DNA of 64,000 bases from Octopus sinensis (lineage: Eukaryota): the NCBI RefSeq assembly GCF_006345805.1, contig NC_042997.1:83204001-83268000 (forward strand). Reading direction: 5' to 3'. Position numbers and translations under genes: made by a program. This document shows positions 47,800 through 62,103 of the stretch, in pieces (the stretch's first letter is position 1; each line of letters starts with the position of its first letter). The notes under the pieces are model-generated. The model worked only from the letters and a program-made list of their open reading frames with translations. It was not told the origin of the DNA and made no database searches.

Positions 47800-49520
47800 A
47801 CGCTCTTAATGTCACAGTGCTGGTACTTAACTGGAAGTAATGATTCCTAAATCTCATAAATTAAAGAACAGCTGATTGAATTTGCCAAACAAAAAGATAA
47901 AAGAAACGTAAAACCGCATGCAAACAAATCGTTAAAAATTATTGAGTGTTTGCACTTCCTTTACTGGCAAGAAATAACCAAGGAAGGAAAAATTGGAGAT
48001 TAATTTAAAATTGTATAACCTAGTACTAATGGGAAAGACGATTCTGCTATTTTCAGATGCTCAAAAACGCAGGTTCAGACAGCTAACTCAACCACCATAT
48101 ACAAAATTAGTTCTGTTCCATAATAGCAGATTTTGTTATAACAAAGTAATCCTGCAGATGTTTATATTATTGCTAACACCGATAGCACAAAAATAAAAAA
48201 GAATTAAAACTAACAACTTACATTATGTATCCGTTGAATCTACCAATATCTGGCAGCCATTGAAAAATTTCGGCATTTTATTCTTTATCAAACTTAAAAT
48301 CTATAATATTTTTTAGCTATTATGAATGTTCTTATAAAACTGTAGCTTTTTTTAGCGTATTCATTGCAGAACGAGCTACAAACTCGGGGTGGGGGGAATC
48401 TGGCGTGGACATGTGCTTGGAAGAATTTTAACGAAAGACTTTAGCAACCTATTAGCAAGCACACTCTTTAATTCTGAGTTTGAAGAAAACAACAATGCTA
48501 TGTAAGGAACAATCTAGAGTTATGTAAAACAGTAAGGAGAGTATCATTGTAATCAAATTTTCACCAAGGAAGAAAAATTTGATTGATAAATTGGAAAAAA
48601 AAACTATGGAAGTGTCTCGAGGAATATTGACACTTGGCGTTATCTTAGTCTTTGAATATAACTAGATGGACATTGCACACTAATTGCTTCGACAAATTCT
48701 TGATAATTATTCTGTCCTAGTCAAGTGTCGGCAATTATGTGCACAGTCACAATTGATGCATTTGGGGCAGGGTTGCATAATTGAATTCCAGGTTCAAATG
48801 GAAACGTTTGATTTCTTCTTAGGTCTAAATTTCGATCAGATCTTACTCATACCGAAAATATATTAAAGTAACTTGTCTGAATTACTAAATACGTTTTGAA
48901 AGATATGAGGAGTAAAAATTCATCTAAGAAGGCAGGAACATACCATTGTTTTTCTCGAAACCTGCAGCGAAAAGCTCCTCGAAAAATTGACATAGAAATC
49001 GAGGAAAATAGACTTCACTCGACAGCTCGAGACCATTACCCGGATAGGTATTTTGAGACCGTAGATATACAATGACTGCGTCTATGAAAAAACGGTTTGA
49101 TCAGCGAGTTAGAGTATATTTAAAACTGGTGACATAATTTTGAAGATAATCAGCAAAGAGAACACCTCATAAGAAATCAATTATGTTAAATAAACATATG
49201 TGGATAATTTTGTCGTTAAATTATTAATGGTTCAGCTCTCAGCATCAGAAATTTCTGTGGGAGAAACTTCTACTGTTTGACTGACAGCGTAAAGCATTTG
49301 AATGATAAAAAAAAAATAGCCGATGGCAAGCACAATTTGTACAATTTACACAAGTTTTACTTGTATTTCTGATAAAATCTTCTACGGCTGAACGAACATT
49401 TTCTCGAGCAAAAGGAATAAAGTCTTCAGTCACGAATGACACGAGAGAATAAGTTCTCGATCACAAATGAAAAAAACAAAACGTATCTGATTGCAGCTAC
49501 AACAAAATTTTCTTCTAGAA
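47800..49520 (+). pseudogene. Heavily decayed hAT (ZMYM1-like) transposase
   Basis: Residual QVQMETFDFFLGLN, YFETVD...KRFDQ and TAERTFS (hATC dimerisation) motifs in shifting frames. Confidence 0.55.
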
Positions 49521-49806
49521 ACAGCAACAGGCAAAAAAAAATATCAACAGATTCTGTTTTAAAAGAAAATTTAGATTAATAGAGTTTTACAATTACGACT
49601 GTTTTACTGTTATAACATAACATCACATAACTGATGTTATATTACAGATAGATTACGAATTTTAATCAGAGATTGACATACCTTTCACTAGCGAATTATA
49701 TATAACTGGTCACAGTGACAGAATATCAAGTAATTGTGTTTGCGGTCAGTTCATATTTATATCTATTCTGACAAACACATCTTTACCGAAGATGAAGTCG
49801 TTGATC

Positions 49807-49809
<3 letters not shown>

Positions 49810-49869
<60 letters not shown>

Positions 49870-49872
49870 CTC

Positions 49873-49950
<78 letters not shown>
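49810..49950. repeat. (CT)n microsatellite
   Basis: Directly visible. Confidence 0.95.
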
Positions 49951-49952
<2 letters not shown>

Positions 49953-50544
49953 TAATGACGCTTTCTTTTCAAGCGTGATACTTATGGCAAACTTTGATAA
50001 AACTCGCTCTTGTGTTTTAACTTGTTTGCTTAAGTGGATTTGTTCTCTCATCTTTTACACGACGCATGTGCGCACACTCACTCTCAAACACCCATATACA
50101 GATATACATGTATATGTATATCTATATATATACATATCCATACATGTATATACACTTTTTTTCAATCATTCGCCATGCTGGACCGCTGAAACCTACACAT
50201 TTTTTTCATTCTCTCTCTGTTTAATAACACGACTATGGTCAAGTTCGACCGTTTCCATAAAGAGTTTTCCATATTTCTTTTATAAATTCTCTGTTTAGTT
50301 TGGAACAATAACACTGCTAAATCCCTTAATATAGATCCCTTTCCGCGAGACAGGGTGGACATATCACATGACATATTCTAATTACTTTACCAGATATAGT
50401 GTAGTTATTCGAAATTACATCAAACATAAAGGACTAATAAAGATATATGAAAGACCCTTAATAAAAAAAAAATATCAAACTTGAAGACAGCGGTGTTGTT
50501 TTAATAAAACGTTTGAAAGAAAACTTATTCACTATTTACTCAAA

Positions 50545-50622
<78 letters not shown>

Positions 50623-50710
50623 TACATATATATACACACATACACACGCACACAAAAGTGTGTGTATTTGGGTAAACAGGGTGTATATATAAATATAAAA
50701 TGTGTGTGTG

Positions 50711-50742
<32 letters not shown>

Positions 50743-50812
50743 ATATGTATGTATTTATGTATGCATGTATATATACATATATACATAATATATATTTGTG
50801 TATGTGTATATA

Positions 50813-52074
50813 TCAGGTCATCTCATAAGTTCTGAATTTTGAATAAGGAATACAAGTGATCAAATGTTATATTTAATTGAAATTTAATCACCAGTGTATT
50901 TTCCCTGATTATCTATGACTTCCTTCCATCTATTTACAAGCTTTTAAATCTCATCAATGTAAAATTCTTTTGGTTTCAAAGCGAAGAACTCTAGAATGTC
51001 AGTTTTGACCTCTTCCTGGCTTGCAAAAGTTATGTCCCCCAAATAATTCTAAAAACTACGAAACAAATGGTAGTCTGAAGGAGCAAGGTCGGGAGAATAA
51101 GGTGGATGAGGATTTTTTCTAACCAAGCTCTTCGATCTTCTGTGATGTAATCTATGCAGTGTGGGGTCGCGCATTTTTCTAATGAAACATCACTTCTTTT
51201 AGATTCACTAAAGCGGGGTTTTTTTTCTTCAAAGCTTGGTTCAAACGCTCTAATTGCTGACAGTTGATTTGAGCATTGATTGTTGTATTAGGTGGTAACA
51301 ATTCAAAGTGAATTACTCCTTTGCAATCCCACCAGATAGAGAGAAGAACCTTTTTTCCATGAAGTTCCCTTCTCGGTTGTGGTTGAGCTTTTTCCCTTTT
51401 ACCAAGCCACTGTTTACGACGTTTAACATTTCGATAGAAGATCCATTTTTCGTCACCAGTCACAAGTCTATCCAAAATTGGTGAAATGAGTTCGCTAGAA
51501 TGAAGAGAAGTAGCAGATGTCAACTCGGGATTTGCGGTAGCTTTCGGACAATTCATGAGGCACCCATTTTCCAAGTTTAGGAACCTTTCCAAGTTGTTGA
51601 CGATGATGATGATCAGTTGTATGGTTTGAACTGCCGATTCTTCAACTGATAATGCAGGATTTTCTTCAAGTGATGCCTCAAGGAGCTTATCATCAAACGC
51701 AACTGTTCGATCTTCATCTTCAAGCTGAAATCTTCACTTCTGAATTTTGCAAACCATCTTCTGCAAGTTCTTTCATTCAAGCATTTTTTCCCATAAACTG
51801 AGTGTATGTTTTGAGTCGCTTCGGCAGTAGAGTTTCCTTTTTAGTACTCATAAAGCACTATGTGCCTTAAATGCTCTTTGGATACCTCTATGTTTGAAAG
51901 GGTTTTAATCAGATATTTTCATTTTATTATTCTGTAAAATTTTATTTAATTAGTTTAAATGTACATAAATGTATAAAAATAATTTCTTATATTCCATTAG
52001 ACATTCTAAAATACTATTAGATTTCATTCAAATTTAAAAAAGGTAAAATCGGACAAAACTTATGGGATGACCTG

Positions 52075-52075
<1 letters not shown>
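50813..52075 (-). mobile_element. Full-length decayed mariner with both TIRs
   Basis: TIRs TCAGGTCATCTCATAAGTT / AACTTATGGGATGACCTGA, TA at the left end; LVTGDEKWIFY, KKVLLSIWWD, PDLAPSDYHLF motifs. Confidence 0.9.
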
Positions 52076-52115
<40 letters not shown>

Positions 52116-52673
52116 TATACATATATGTACGTATATATATGTGTGAGTGTGTGTGTACATACATTCATACATACATATATACATACATATATACATATAT
52201 ACACATACATACATACATACATACATACATACATACAACATACATACATACATACATACATACATACATACATACATACATACATACATTCAATTGTATC
52301 AAGGACCTATAATCCTTTCAGGGATGCTAGCATCCTAGTTCTCCGTTTATACCAGTGTTCAGTGAAAACTAAATGTATTAGTTTTGCATTGATATATATA
52401 TATACACACACACACATAGATATTTATGGATTTGAATATCTTTAAATAAACTCATGTGTGCATGTCAATTTCTCTATTCCTTCCTTTTCTCATTCCTATA
52501 TATATAGACATCTAACAACGTCGTATTACAGACATTTAGACCGCAACAAAAACTATAGCAAGCATTAAAATGACGATCAAGGAATTCAAGAATTCCTATC
52601 ATGTCTTCCTCGTCATATATTTCCACTCTCAGCAATTCAACACGAATACTTACACACAAACACGCGCACATGC

Positions 52674-52798
<125 letters not shown>

Positions 52799-53359
52799 GT
52801 AACCATCTTCCGTAACGGGTGAGCTTTCTTAGTTTCTGCCTTTCCTAGTTCATTCTTTATGGTTCAACACGCGCATCTACATATTCAAATAGACACTGAC
52901 ACAAGTATTGATTGCGGGTATATGCTTGTGTATGTAAGGAGAGGAAATAGTACGGGATAACTCACAGTGCTTTGAGGATTTCCCAAGTGCTTTGAGGATT
53001 CGAAACTGAGGACTTAGCGCAGTTGGGTTGATATTAATATTATTTATTTTAGATACAGCTTGAGCTGCGGGACATTACATTAATCTGATGTCGACTGAAG
53101 ATCAGAGAGATTTCGGTACCTTCCGACAGTTTTGCTCTCTCCAGCGGGGCTTAGCATCGTTGATGCTACTAAGGAATGTATTACCAGGAAATAGTTTTTG
53201 TGTGTATATGTGTGAGGATGTATGTATCTATTAAGAATGTATGTATAAATGTGTGTGTATATAAAATAAATATAAAATAAATGCGTATATAATATCTATA
53301 AACACATATTTTGTTATATATATATATACATACATATATATATTTATGTGTATACAGAC

Positions 53360-53463
<104 letters not shown>

Positions 53464-53628
53464 TTAAGGGTAAAATCAATTAGTTATTAATTAATTTCAC
53501 CAAGTAGTGTTCAGTATGTAAAAGGATCATTCAAGGCGTATTCAAAATATTACTTTATATAATTAAGGCTCAGTAAAATAATTTACTTTGTGGCAAAGTA
53601 AATTATTTTACTGAGACCTTAATTATAT

Positions 53629-53687
<59 letters not shown>

Positions 53688-53801
53688 ATTAAAGGCTGTG
53701 CTCCAGCATGGCCGCAGTCAAATGACTGAAACGAATAAAAGAATATAAATATAAGTGTGTATATATATGTGTGTATGTATGCGCGTGTGTGTGTACTCGC
53801 G

Positions 53802-53854
<53 letters not shown>

Positions 53855-54010
53855 CTGTATGTATACACAAACACATACGTACATGAACACATGCATATAT
53901 ATATATATATAACGGGAAGCTTTATGAAAATAGACAAAAGACGAAGGCAGGTGGGAAACAAACAAACAATTGTATTAGTATGGCGCTCAGGAAATATAAA
54001 TAAAACAAGT

Positions 54011-54046
54011 CTTTAACGTTTCGAGCCTACGCTCTTCAACAGAAAG
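54011..54046 (-). ncRNA. Minimal type I hammerhead with CUGUUGA (A6U) core
   Basis: CTTT-CTGTTGA-A-GAGC-gtag-GCTC-GAAA-CG-TT-AAAG. Confidence 0.65.
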
Positions 54047-54718
54047 ATACACAGAGAGAAAAAAAACACAGAAAGAAGGAGAGAAAAAAAAGAGAGAAAA
54101 AAAATGCGTGCAGTAACTAACGAATCAACATGGCGAGTGTGTGTGTATATATATATATATATATACACACACACTCACACGCACATAAAATTCACATATA
54201 TTTTACTAATATATTTAATCATGCGTATAATTAGCGTACACCCTTTCACATATACATATTTGGTTAATAAGCCGTAAAGTCTGAAATGTTGCTCCGTTCC
54301 CATTCTCCGAGAGAGTGGCATCTGTTTCGTCGAATAACCTAAGTGCGTTAGGATTTCTATGATAAGGAACATTCGTTTGAGATATTGGCTGGACGTGTAA
54401 CTATTTTTAGTGGTGTGGAGGTATGGTTAGATCTGTTGGTGCCTTACTGGGATTTTAGTTTACAGCTGAAGTCAAGTAAAAACGTTACAAAAGTAACAAT
54501 AACAACAATAGCATTAACAAGATATACGCTAAGAATCACATGCATTCACAGCTACACAGTTGTGCACACACACACACATACATACACATACATACACACT
54601 CACACGCACACAATCAGTCGTACCCAAGGTTATCTTAGTGTTCAGTATTAAACACATAAAAGCACTATATGTGTGTGTCTAAGTTCACACATACATACAT
54701 ACACACACCATCCGCATA

Positions 54719-54786
<68 letters not shown>

Positions 54787-54869
54787 AGTGAGTGGATAAA
54801 CGAAAGAAAGAGGCAATCAAAGTATTTTGTAGGAGTTACATATATTTAAAATAGTTTGAAACAATCACA

Positions 54870-56410
54870 TGGTGTCGAATCAAACTGTTTTAAATGATGA
54901 TGATGATTATTATTATATTGTGCCACAATCATGTATCCTAGAATGCCTTGATATATTTGCAATAGGTGAGAATGTTGTTCAGCTCCTAAACAAACAGTAT
55001 GCCAAAATGCAGACGTATACTAACATCAGGTCAAGTCAAGTTATGTTAGGTGAAATCAACAGAAGTAGGGAAATATTCCAAAGTGATACACTCTCACCAC
55101 TGCTATTCGTAGTTTTCTTATCTCTTTTGCATCGATACTGAGCGAGGTTAAATCATGCTACGAATTTAGCATGATGAAAATATAAACCACGTCATGTTTA
55201 TGGGACGGCCTGAAATTATTTGCCAAAAGTTAAAAAAGTTTTAGATTCACTGGTCTAGACTTTTAGAGTTGTGAGTGTTGAGATTGGCATGGAGTTTGGA
55301 ATAAATAAATGTACGGTGTCGGTAATAAGAAAATGGAAAATATACACTTTAGGAGGGATTTAACTCCCAGATGAGGCAGTAATCCGTGTAATGGATAAGG
55401 GTGATAGTTACAAGTACCTAGATGTACTGGAGACAGATAGAACCCTCTGCCAAGAAATGAAAAGAAGGTGAGAAACGAATGTCTCAGGAGAGTAAAAAGT
55501 GTGCTAAACTCAAAACTGAAAGAAGGAAAAAGCATCTCTGCAGTAAACACATGGGCAGTCTCTCTAATAAGACATTCTGCTGCTTTCCTGAACTGGACTA
55601 AGGAAGAACTAAGTGACATAGATAGTAAAACCGGAAAGATAATATACAGGTCGCTACATCTCTGAGACAGAGTCGATAGTTTATACCTACCATGGAAGGA
55701 GTGGGGAGAGAACTAATATCAATAGAAGACTGTGTAGCGATGGCAAAACGGGATAAAGATGAGTATGTGTTAAGCAACTCAGAAAGACTGATTTCAGCTG
55801 CAATAGGAGGGGAAAAAAGAAGTTGTGAGGACGGCAACGGAAAACAAGGAGTGAAGAAAACAGGAGCGAGAAAGAAACATCTGGGGAAAAAAATACACGG
55901 TCAGCATCTCAGGCAAAAGCAGGACGTCGCAGCAAAGGAGCCTTGGTTACGGTTGAAGAATAGATACCTTAAGAAAGAAACCGAATGACTCACAATGGCT
56001 GCTCAGAGCCAGTCATTGCGGACAAATATCATTAAGATAAAAATAGACAAATCCGCGAAAGTGCAAAGTGCAGAGTATGTAACGAAGAAGAGGAATCCGT
56101 TATGCACATAATAAGTTTCTGTAGTCTTTTTGGTACAGAAAGAATATAGACGCAGACACGACAGGAGAAGAGAGGAAAATATCCAGATTTGGCTTGGGAA
56201 ATAAGAAGACCGTTGAGGGTTTCTAGAAATGTAAGCCCATTTGTCATAGGTGTCCTAGGTAACGTCACCAACAGACTTAACAGTTCCCTTATTGAGATTG
56301 GTGTAACTACGAGAGTTGCATTAATTCAGAAATCTGCTCTTATTGGGAACAGCAAGGATTGTTAGAAAAGTCCTCGATATCTAAGGAAACTCGTTGTGAC
56401 CCGATATCAA
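54870..56410 (+). mobile_element. R4/Dong-like non-LTR retrotransposon remnant (RT, zinc knuckle, RLE largely deleted)
   Basis: IFQSDTLSPLLF, IGMEFGINKC, YKYLDVLE, AVNTWAVS, WTKEEL..ID, AKCRVC...ESVMHIIS.C...YRRRHD, C-terminal IQKSALIGTARIVRKVL. Confidence 0.8.
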
Positions 56411-56619
56411 GGATATTGATTCCGAATGTAAAACACGAACAGCAGCGGCAGCAGCAGCAACAACAACAGCAACAATAACAATAATAATAATCTTTTCTAC
56501 TCTCGGCACAAAGCTCGAAATTTTTGAGGGGGAGGCCAATCGATTAGATCGACCCCATTGTCGTTCGGCCACATTATTGAAACTCAATAGAAACTCGTTG
56601 CCATACTGTTTCTTAACGT

Positions 56620-57210
56620 TCCTTTCAGACAATACAATCCCAAATGACTCTACAAATGAGCAATCTTAGCAGCTAAAAATGTCGCAGTAACAGAAATCAA
56701 CAGGAGACTAGTGGACGTGCTATCAATAGAGAAAAGTTGTCACAAATTCATTGGCCCAGTCAGTTTCTACGACCAGGATATATAAATTTAGCGAATTTCT
56801 GAAGTTGCAAGAAAGCAGGAGCCCTTACACACAATCTGATTTTGAAGCTTGTAGCATCAGCTATGCTACTTCCTCTAAAACTTACATCCTCTAAAACCTT
56901 TGCAAAAATATGATGCAAAAAAAAAAACGTCTAATCATGTTCAGAAAATATTCTGATGATAGTTGTTTTGTTTCAAGCAGAACACTGACGCCATATGGTT
57001 TTGGACATGAGACTCTGCTTCGACATGACGCTCAATAAATCTCAAGAGTAACCATTGAAAGTTGTGAGATTAAGTTTGGTAAGCCATTGTAAGCCTGAAG
57101 CTTTACTTTGATACTTTAGGTAATAGTAACCTCGATCGTCTCTTTATCAGACAATAACAGGATAAAACCAAAAGTACTTTTTACCCGTAGGCTTTCGAAT
57201 GCCCAAATAA
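56620..57210 (+). pseudogene. Decayed Helitron PIF1-like helicase fragment
   Basis: Residual HNLILKL (PHKLILK-like) and LCFDMTLNKSQE-PLKVV (FAMTINKSQGQ-like) motifs. Confidence 0.55.
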
Positions 57211-57360
57211 GTAAACATACTTTTAGGTTTGGCGATGTAAACAGGAAAAATATAATTCAAAACATGCGTCAGTGTATTCACTTATATGAGTAAATAGACA
57301 TATATAAATATATAAATATATAGATATACATGCAAACATATATACGCGGATACACACACA

Positions 57361-57447
<87 letters not shown>

Positions 57448-57589
57448 ACAAACACGCACACACGCACACACATATACTCCTACACAATAAACATCTTTAT
57501 GCCATCCGCTACTATATTTATAACCGCCTGACGTGTGTATGTCTATACGTATATATACATAAGTGTGCTAATGAGTATGTGCATATATA

Positions 57590-57890
57590 GGAGACCACCA
57601 GGTGTAAGTGAATTTGGTAGACGGAAACTGCAAAAAAACCTGTCGTATATACAAATGTATGTCTATGTTTGTGTGTCTTTGTCTTTGTATTTGTGTTTCC
57701 CCCTCATCACTGCTTGACAACTGGTGTTGGTATGTTTACGTCCTCGTAACATTAGCGGTTCGGCAAACAGATGCTGATAGAATAAGTACTAAGCTTTAAA
57801 ATATAAGTCCTAGAATCGATTTGTTCGACTAAAAAACCTTCACAGCAGTTCCCCAGCATGGCCACAGTTAAATTACTGAAACAAGTAAAT
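57590..57890 (+). mobile_element. Family B SINE, 3' part
   Basis: GAATTTGGTAGACGGAAACTG...TTAGCGGTTCGGCAA...CCAGCATGGCCACAGT...GAAACAAGTAAA. Confidence 0.8.
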
Positions 57891-58049
57891 ATAGAAGATA
57901 TATATATATAGGAAGAATTTACAAAAAAAAAACAAAAGACGAAGAAAGGTAGTGTAGACAAACAGATGTATTAGTATAACGCTCGGGAAGTGTAAAAAAT
58001 CTTTAACGTATATATATATATATATTAAAACTAGTCTAGATAATTTTAA

Positions 58050-59121
58050 AATGAGTTTAGATCACACCCATATCAGACACTACATACTGCACGAATCCTA
58101 AAGGATCCCATCTGTATTAGTAACAGCAAGAGATAAGTGTTCTGTTTTTGGAAAGGAAAATTTAAGTGACCGGGCATGCCATGCTAGCTTGGCCAGTTTC
58201 ACTCGGGTAATTTTTCTCTCGCAGATTTCCTTCGAGCTGAACGACCAAGTCTGTCAATATTGAGCATCTGGAGAACGTAGTTGAGGAAGACCTGAAGTAA
58301 ACGGCATGAGAATTAGAAAAACAGTTCAATACAAGTCACATTTCGATCATAAAACACCTCCATGAACAAGGAAAAGTACCTATACTTGGTCAGTGGGTCT
58401 CCCATCATCTGACTGCTTCTCAACCTAATCTAAGGGTTGCTTTCAGCTTGCCATTGAAGATTAGATTTGCTATCGAACTTTACCGTGATAGTATCCTCAC
58501 ATGAAATGAAAGTGGGTTCCCTATGAAAACAACAATGTTTAGTACCAATGGAGAAGGAGAATCCATCCCCAGACCAGGACTACAGTTATGCTCCGTGTTT
58601 GATGAGTTATGAAGGATGTTGTCTATCTTAAAGTGTTAAACCAAAATGAAACAGTTAAGGTTGAAAAGTACCGTCCTACGCTGGGAGCGTTGCACAGAAA
58701 ATTTTCAGAAAGAAGTGAACAAAAAACGCACATCGTTGATCAATCGTTATGGTGTGTTGCTCTTATACGTTAACACAAGACCACATATTACCCAAGTTAT
58801 TCAGGATTAAGGCACTAAATATGGAAGTTTTACCTTATCATCCTTACTCTCTTAACCTTCTTCTATCTGATAATCATCTTTTCAGAACATTGCAAAATTA
58901 TTTAGAGAGAAAACAGTTCAATAATTGCGAAGATATTGATTGTTTCTTTGCTTCAAAAACTAAAGAATTTTACGCCCTATGGATCAACAAATTGATAAAC
59001 AGATGGAATAATTTTATGAATAACGAGGGGAAATATTATCGTGACAAACTATATCAATTAAAAACAAAGAAGTATTTTTCCTCATCTTGAAATGCGAGAG
59101 GACTTTCTTTCCAGCCTAATA
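58050..59121 (+). mobile_element. Decayed mariner remnant
   Basis: GQWVSHHLT (WVPHEL-like), HPYSLNLLLSDNHLFRTLQN, FFASKTKEFY, 3' TIR-like CCAGCCTAATA. Confidence 0.8.
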
Positions 59122-59649
59122 TATAAGTGTGTATGTACATATAGTCAATTCCGCTTAACTGCATACCAGATAATGACAGTTTTTCAAAACAAACCGAACC
59201 GTTTAACATTAAGTCTATGTAAAATTAACTGGTTAATTGCAAATGAAATTAATGTCGATTATGTTTTTCCGACAGAAATGTGTTAAGCGGAATGGCATGT
59301 GAAAATTGACATACAAATTCCATGAATGTCGTCTAAATTTTATCGCTTCATAAAATGTTTAATATACTGTAATTTATTTGCCTCTAAGTATGTCATGCTG
59401 AAGATATCAAATGACTAGTTATGATGAGAAAATTTAAGATCTTTGAATTCAGTCGGAAAAAAAAGAAAAAAATTTGTATTTATATATTCTGTGCATCTTC
59501 CTTGCTCTTTAATTTAACATTCAAACTTGTAACCTGGGCATGATTAAACTAGCACTTATAATAACTGCTGTCAAAGCACACCATGTATTTAAATGTACAT
59601 TTATTTTATATATTTTTCAGTTCTATATTTAAGAGATGAGGAATGAAGT

Positions 59650-60290
59650 ACATTATTTAAATTTTGCTACTTCTTCTAGTTTTCGTATTTTCCAGTGGTG
59701 TTCTCTGTCTATTATTTTATCTTCACCCCACAAGAAGTGGTGGTCTCCATTTTCCATACATGATCACCTATACCCAATTTATCAATATCTCCTCGTGTCA
59801 CAGCTTTGTGATGTTCGTCTACCCTTATTTTGAGGGGGCGGCCTTTGTATAACCTACCACAGCTGCATGGAATGGAGTACACGCTGTTTTTGGTCATATT
59901 CTCTTCAAAGGAAATATTTACGAAGTGTTGTATTACTCTTGAATACTGTCCTGATGTCATATGGGCCGCATATCTTGTATCTTTTCGAAGAGGCCTTTCA
60001 CATAGGGTAGACAGACTGTGGACAGTTTGTTAGTTTCATCCTCTCTCTTCTTCATAATTGGAGTGGATAGCATGTTTTGGGGGTAATTGTTACTTCATAG
60101 ATTGTTACTTAGCTTGATCATTTCTTCGTGGTGGGTATCACGATCGCTACTTATATTCTTTGCTCCATGTTTTAGGCACTGAGCAATCCCTCTCTTTACA
60201 TTGTATGGATGGTGGGAATTGAAGTTGAGGTATACGGATATACAACAACCTCCTAAACAGACCGTATGCAGATATGAGTAGCATATGGGA
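59650..60290 (-). pseudogene. Decayed Penelope/Poseidon-like RT thumb + GIY-YIG
   Basis: SHHPYNVKRGIAQCL...AKNIS; VYSIPCSCGRLYKG.RPLKIRVDEH...IGDHVW. Confidence 0.75.
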
Positions 60291-60356
60291 ACCGGTATTA
60301 AGGAAGGATAGGAAAAAATGAGATTTATAAGCACTAAAATTCACTCCATAATTGCC

Positions 60357-60424
60357 CACAGCGTACTGGTTAAGAGCGCGGGCTACTAACCCAAAGATTC
60401 CGAGTTCGATTCCAGGCAGTGACC
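60357..60424 (+). mobile_element. tRNA-like SINE head (not a functional tRNA)
   Basis: AGCGTACTGGTTAAGAGCG...GAGTTCGATTCC box A/B; no complete acceptor stem. Confidence 0.55.
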
Positions 60425-60634
60425 TGAATAATAATAACGACAGTAATAACATCGAAAACCCAGGTTCGAAATTTCTCCAAGACTGGATGGTATATGTAGA
60501 TGAGGACAAATATCCCCCAAATGTAAATAATGTTATATATTCATATCTGGATATGAATCATGTTTCTCGTTGCATCATCAAGTGTTTTGTTCAGTTTCCG
60601 AGTGTCATGCATTTAACGCATGACATGACATGCA

Positions 60635-60900
<266 letters not shown>

Positions 60901-60950
60901 AATGCATAATATATTCGAGTGTGGAACAGTATATATTTTAATGGGAAAGG

Positions 60951-61361
60951 CCAGTTTATGGGATTACCCTGGGTTTCCTGTCCATAAAAGTTTTAGCTTT
61001 ATGGCGTATCGTCAGAACACAAAATCTGTTGGCCTAAGACCTCTTTAAAATATGGAGGGGGAAAAGCCTCGTTACAGATGTAAACAAGGGGATTATCTCC
61101 CTTTGTCATTGGCTACCGATTATCGCCTTTCGGCTGTGCCGCCATCTTATGGATACCAAATTTGTTGCTGACGTTTTGGAATTCGCAAGATGGCGGTACC
61201 GTCGGAAGTCGATAGACAATACCGAAGGAGTTAATCCCCTTGTTTACATTCGTAACGAGGCCTTTCTCCTTTCTCTTAGACCAACAGGTTTTGGGTTCTG
61301 ACGATACGCTATAAAGTTAAACCCTTTAAGGACCGGAACCCAGGCTAATCTCATAAATCGG
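60951..61361. repeat. Diverged fold-back element (arms about 175-200 bp); a single related arm lies at about 32290-32390
   Basis: CCTCGTTAC..ATGTAAACAAGGGGATTA and CCGCCATCTT are mirrored; TATGGCGTATCGTCAG is shared with 32343-32357. Confidence 0.8.
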
Positions 61362-62040
61362 TCATCTCCAGAAAAAAAAAAATATATATATATACTTACG
61401 ACGGGCTTCTTTCAGTTTCCATCTATCGAATCCACTCACAGTGCTTTGGTCAGCCCGAGGCTATAGTAGAAGACATTTGCCCAAGGTGTCATCAGTAGGC
61501 CTGAACCTGGAACCATGTGGTTGGGAAGCAAGCTTCTTACCAAAAGTAGTTATAACTGCTTCTCAAAAAAAAAAAAGTCTCAAAACTTCTGGAATGTATT
61601 GCGTACGATATATTTACACGAAGGAAGATTACGTATTGCCCGGCTTAATATAGTTAACGTACAATATGTAGCAGTAAGCCATTAACATGCTATAGAAATA
61701 TTCACAGAATTTTATACTTGAAAGACCCTCGGGATTATAAGTTAAATTTCCATACTTATTAATGTCATATTTCAAGAGAAACGTTTGAAATTTTGAGACT
61801 AACGACTGTAGGAATTAATCCAAAATATACGCCGATGCGATATTGATAGCAAGAACCCGGTTGACCTCAAAAATATGTCCTACAATAATGTATATATATA
61901 TATATCCGTATCACTTGACCTGTAATTGAGAGGTTATGTCTCCAGTATCGCCACACATCAGACATAAACAAACTACACTTGTGCTCATACACATAGACCC
62001 GAACGCACACACACACACACAACGCACACACACACACACA

Positions 62041-62076
<36 letters not shown>

Positions 62077-62103
62077 CGCACAACCTCAAGTATTCCTGCA
62101 CAC

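Noticed and set aside
60357-60424. tRNA gene
   Set aside because: Box A/B and an anticodon-like loop are present but the acceptor stem is incomplete; best read as a SINE head.
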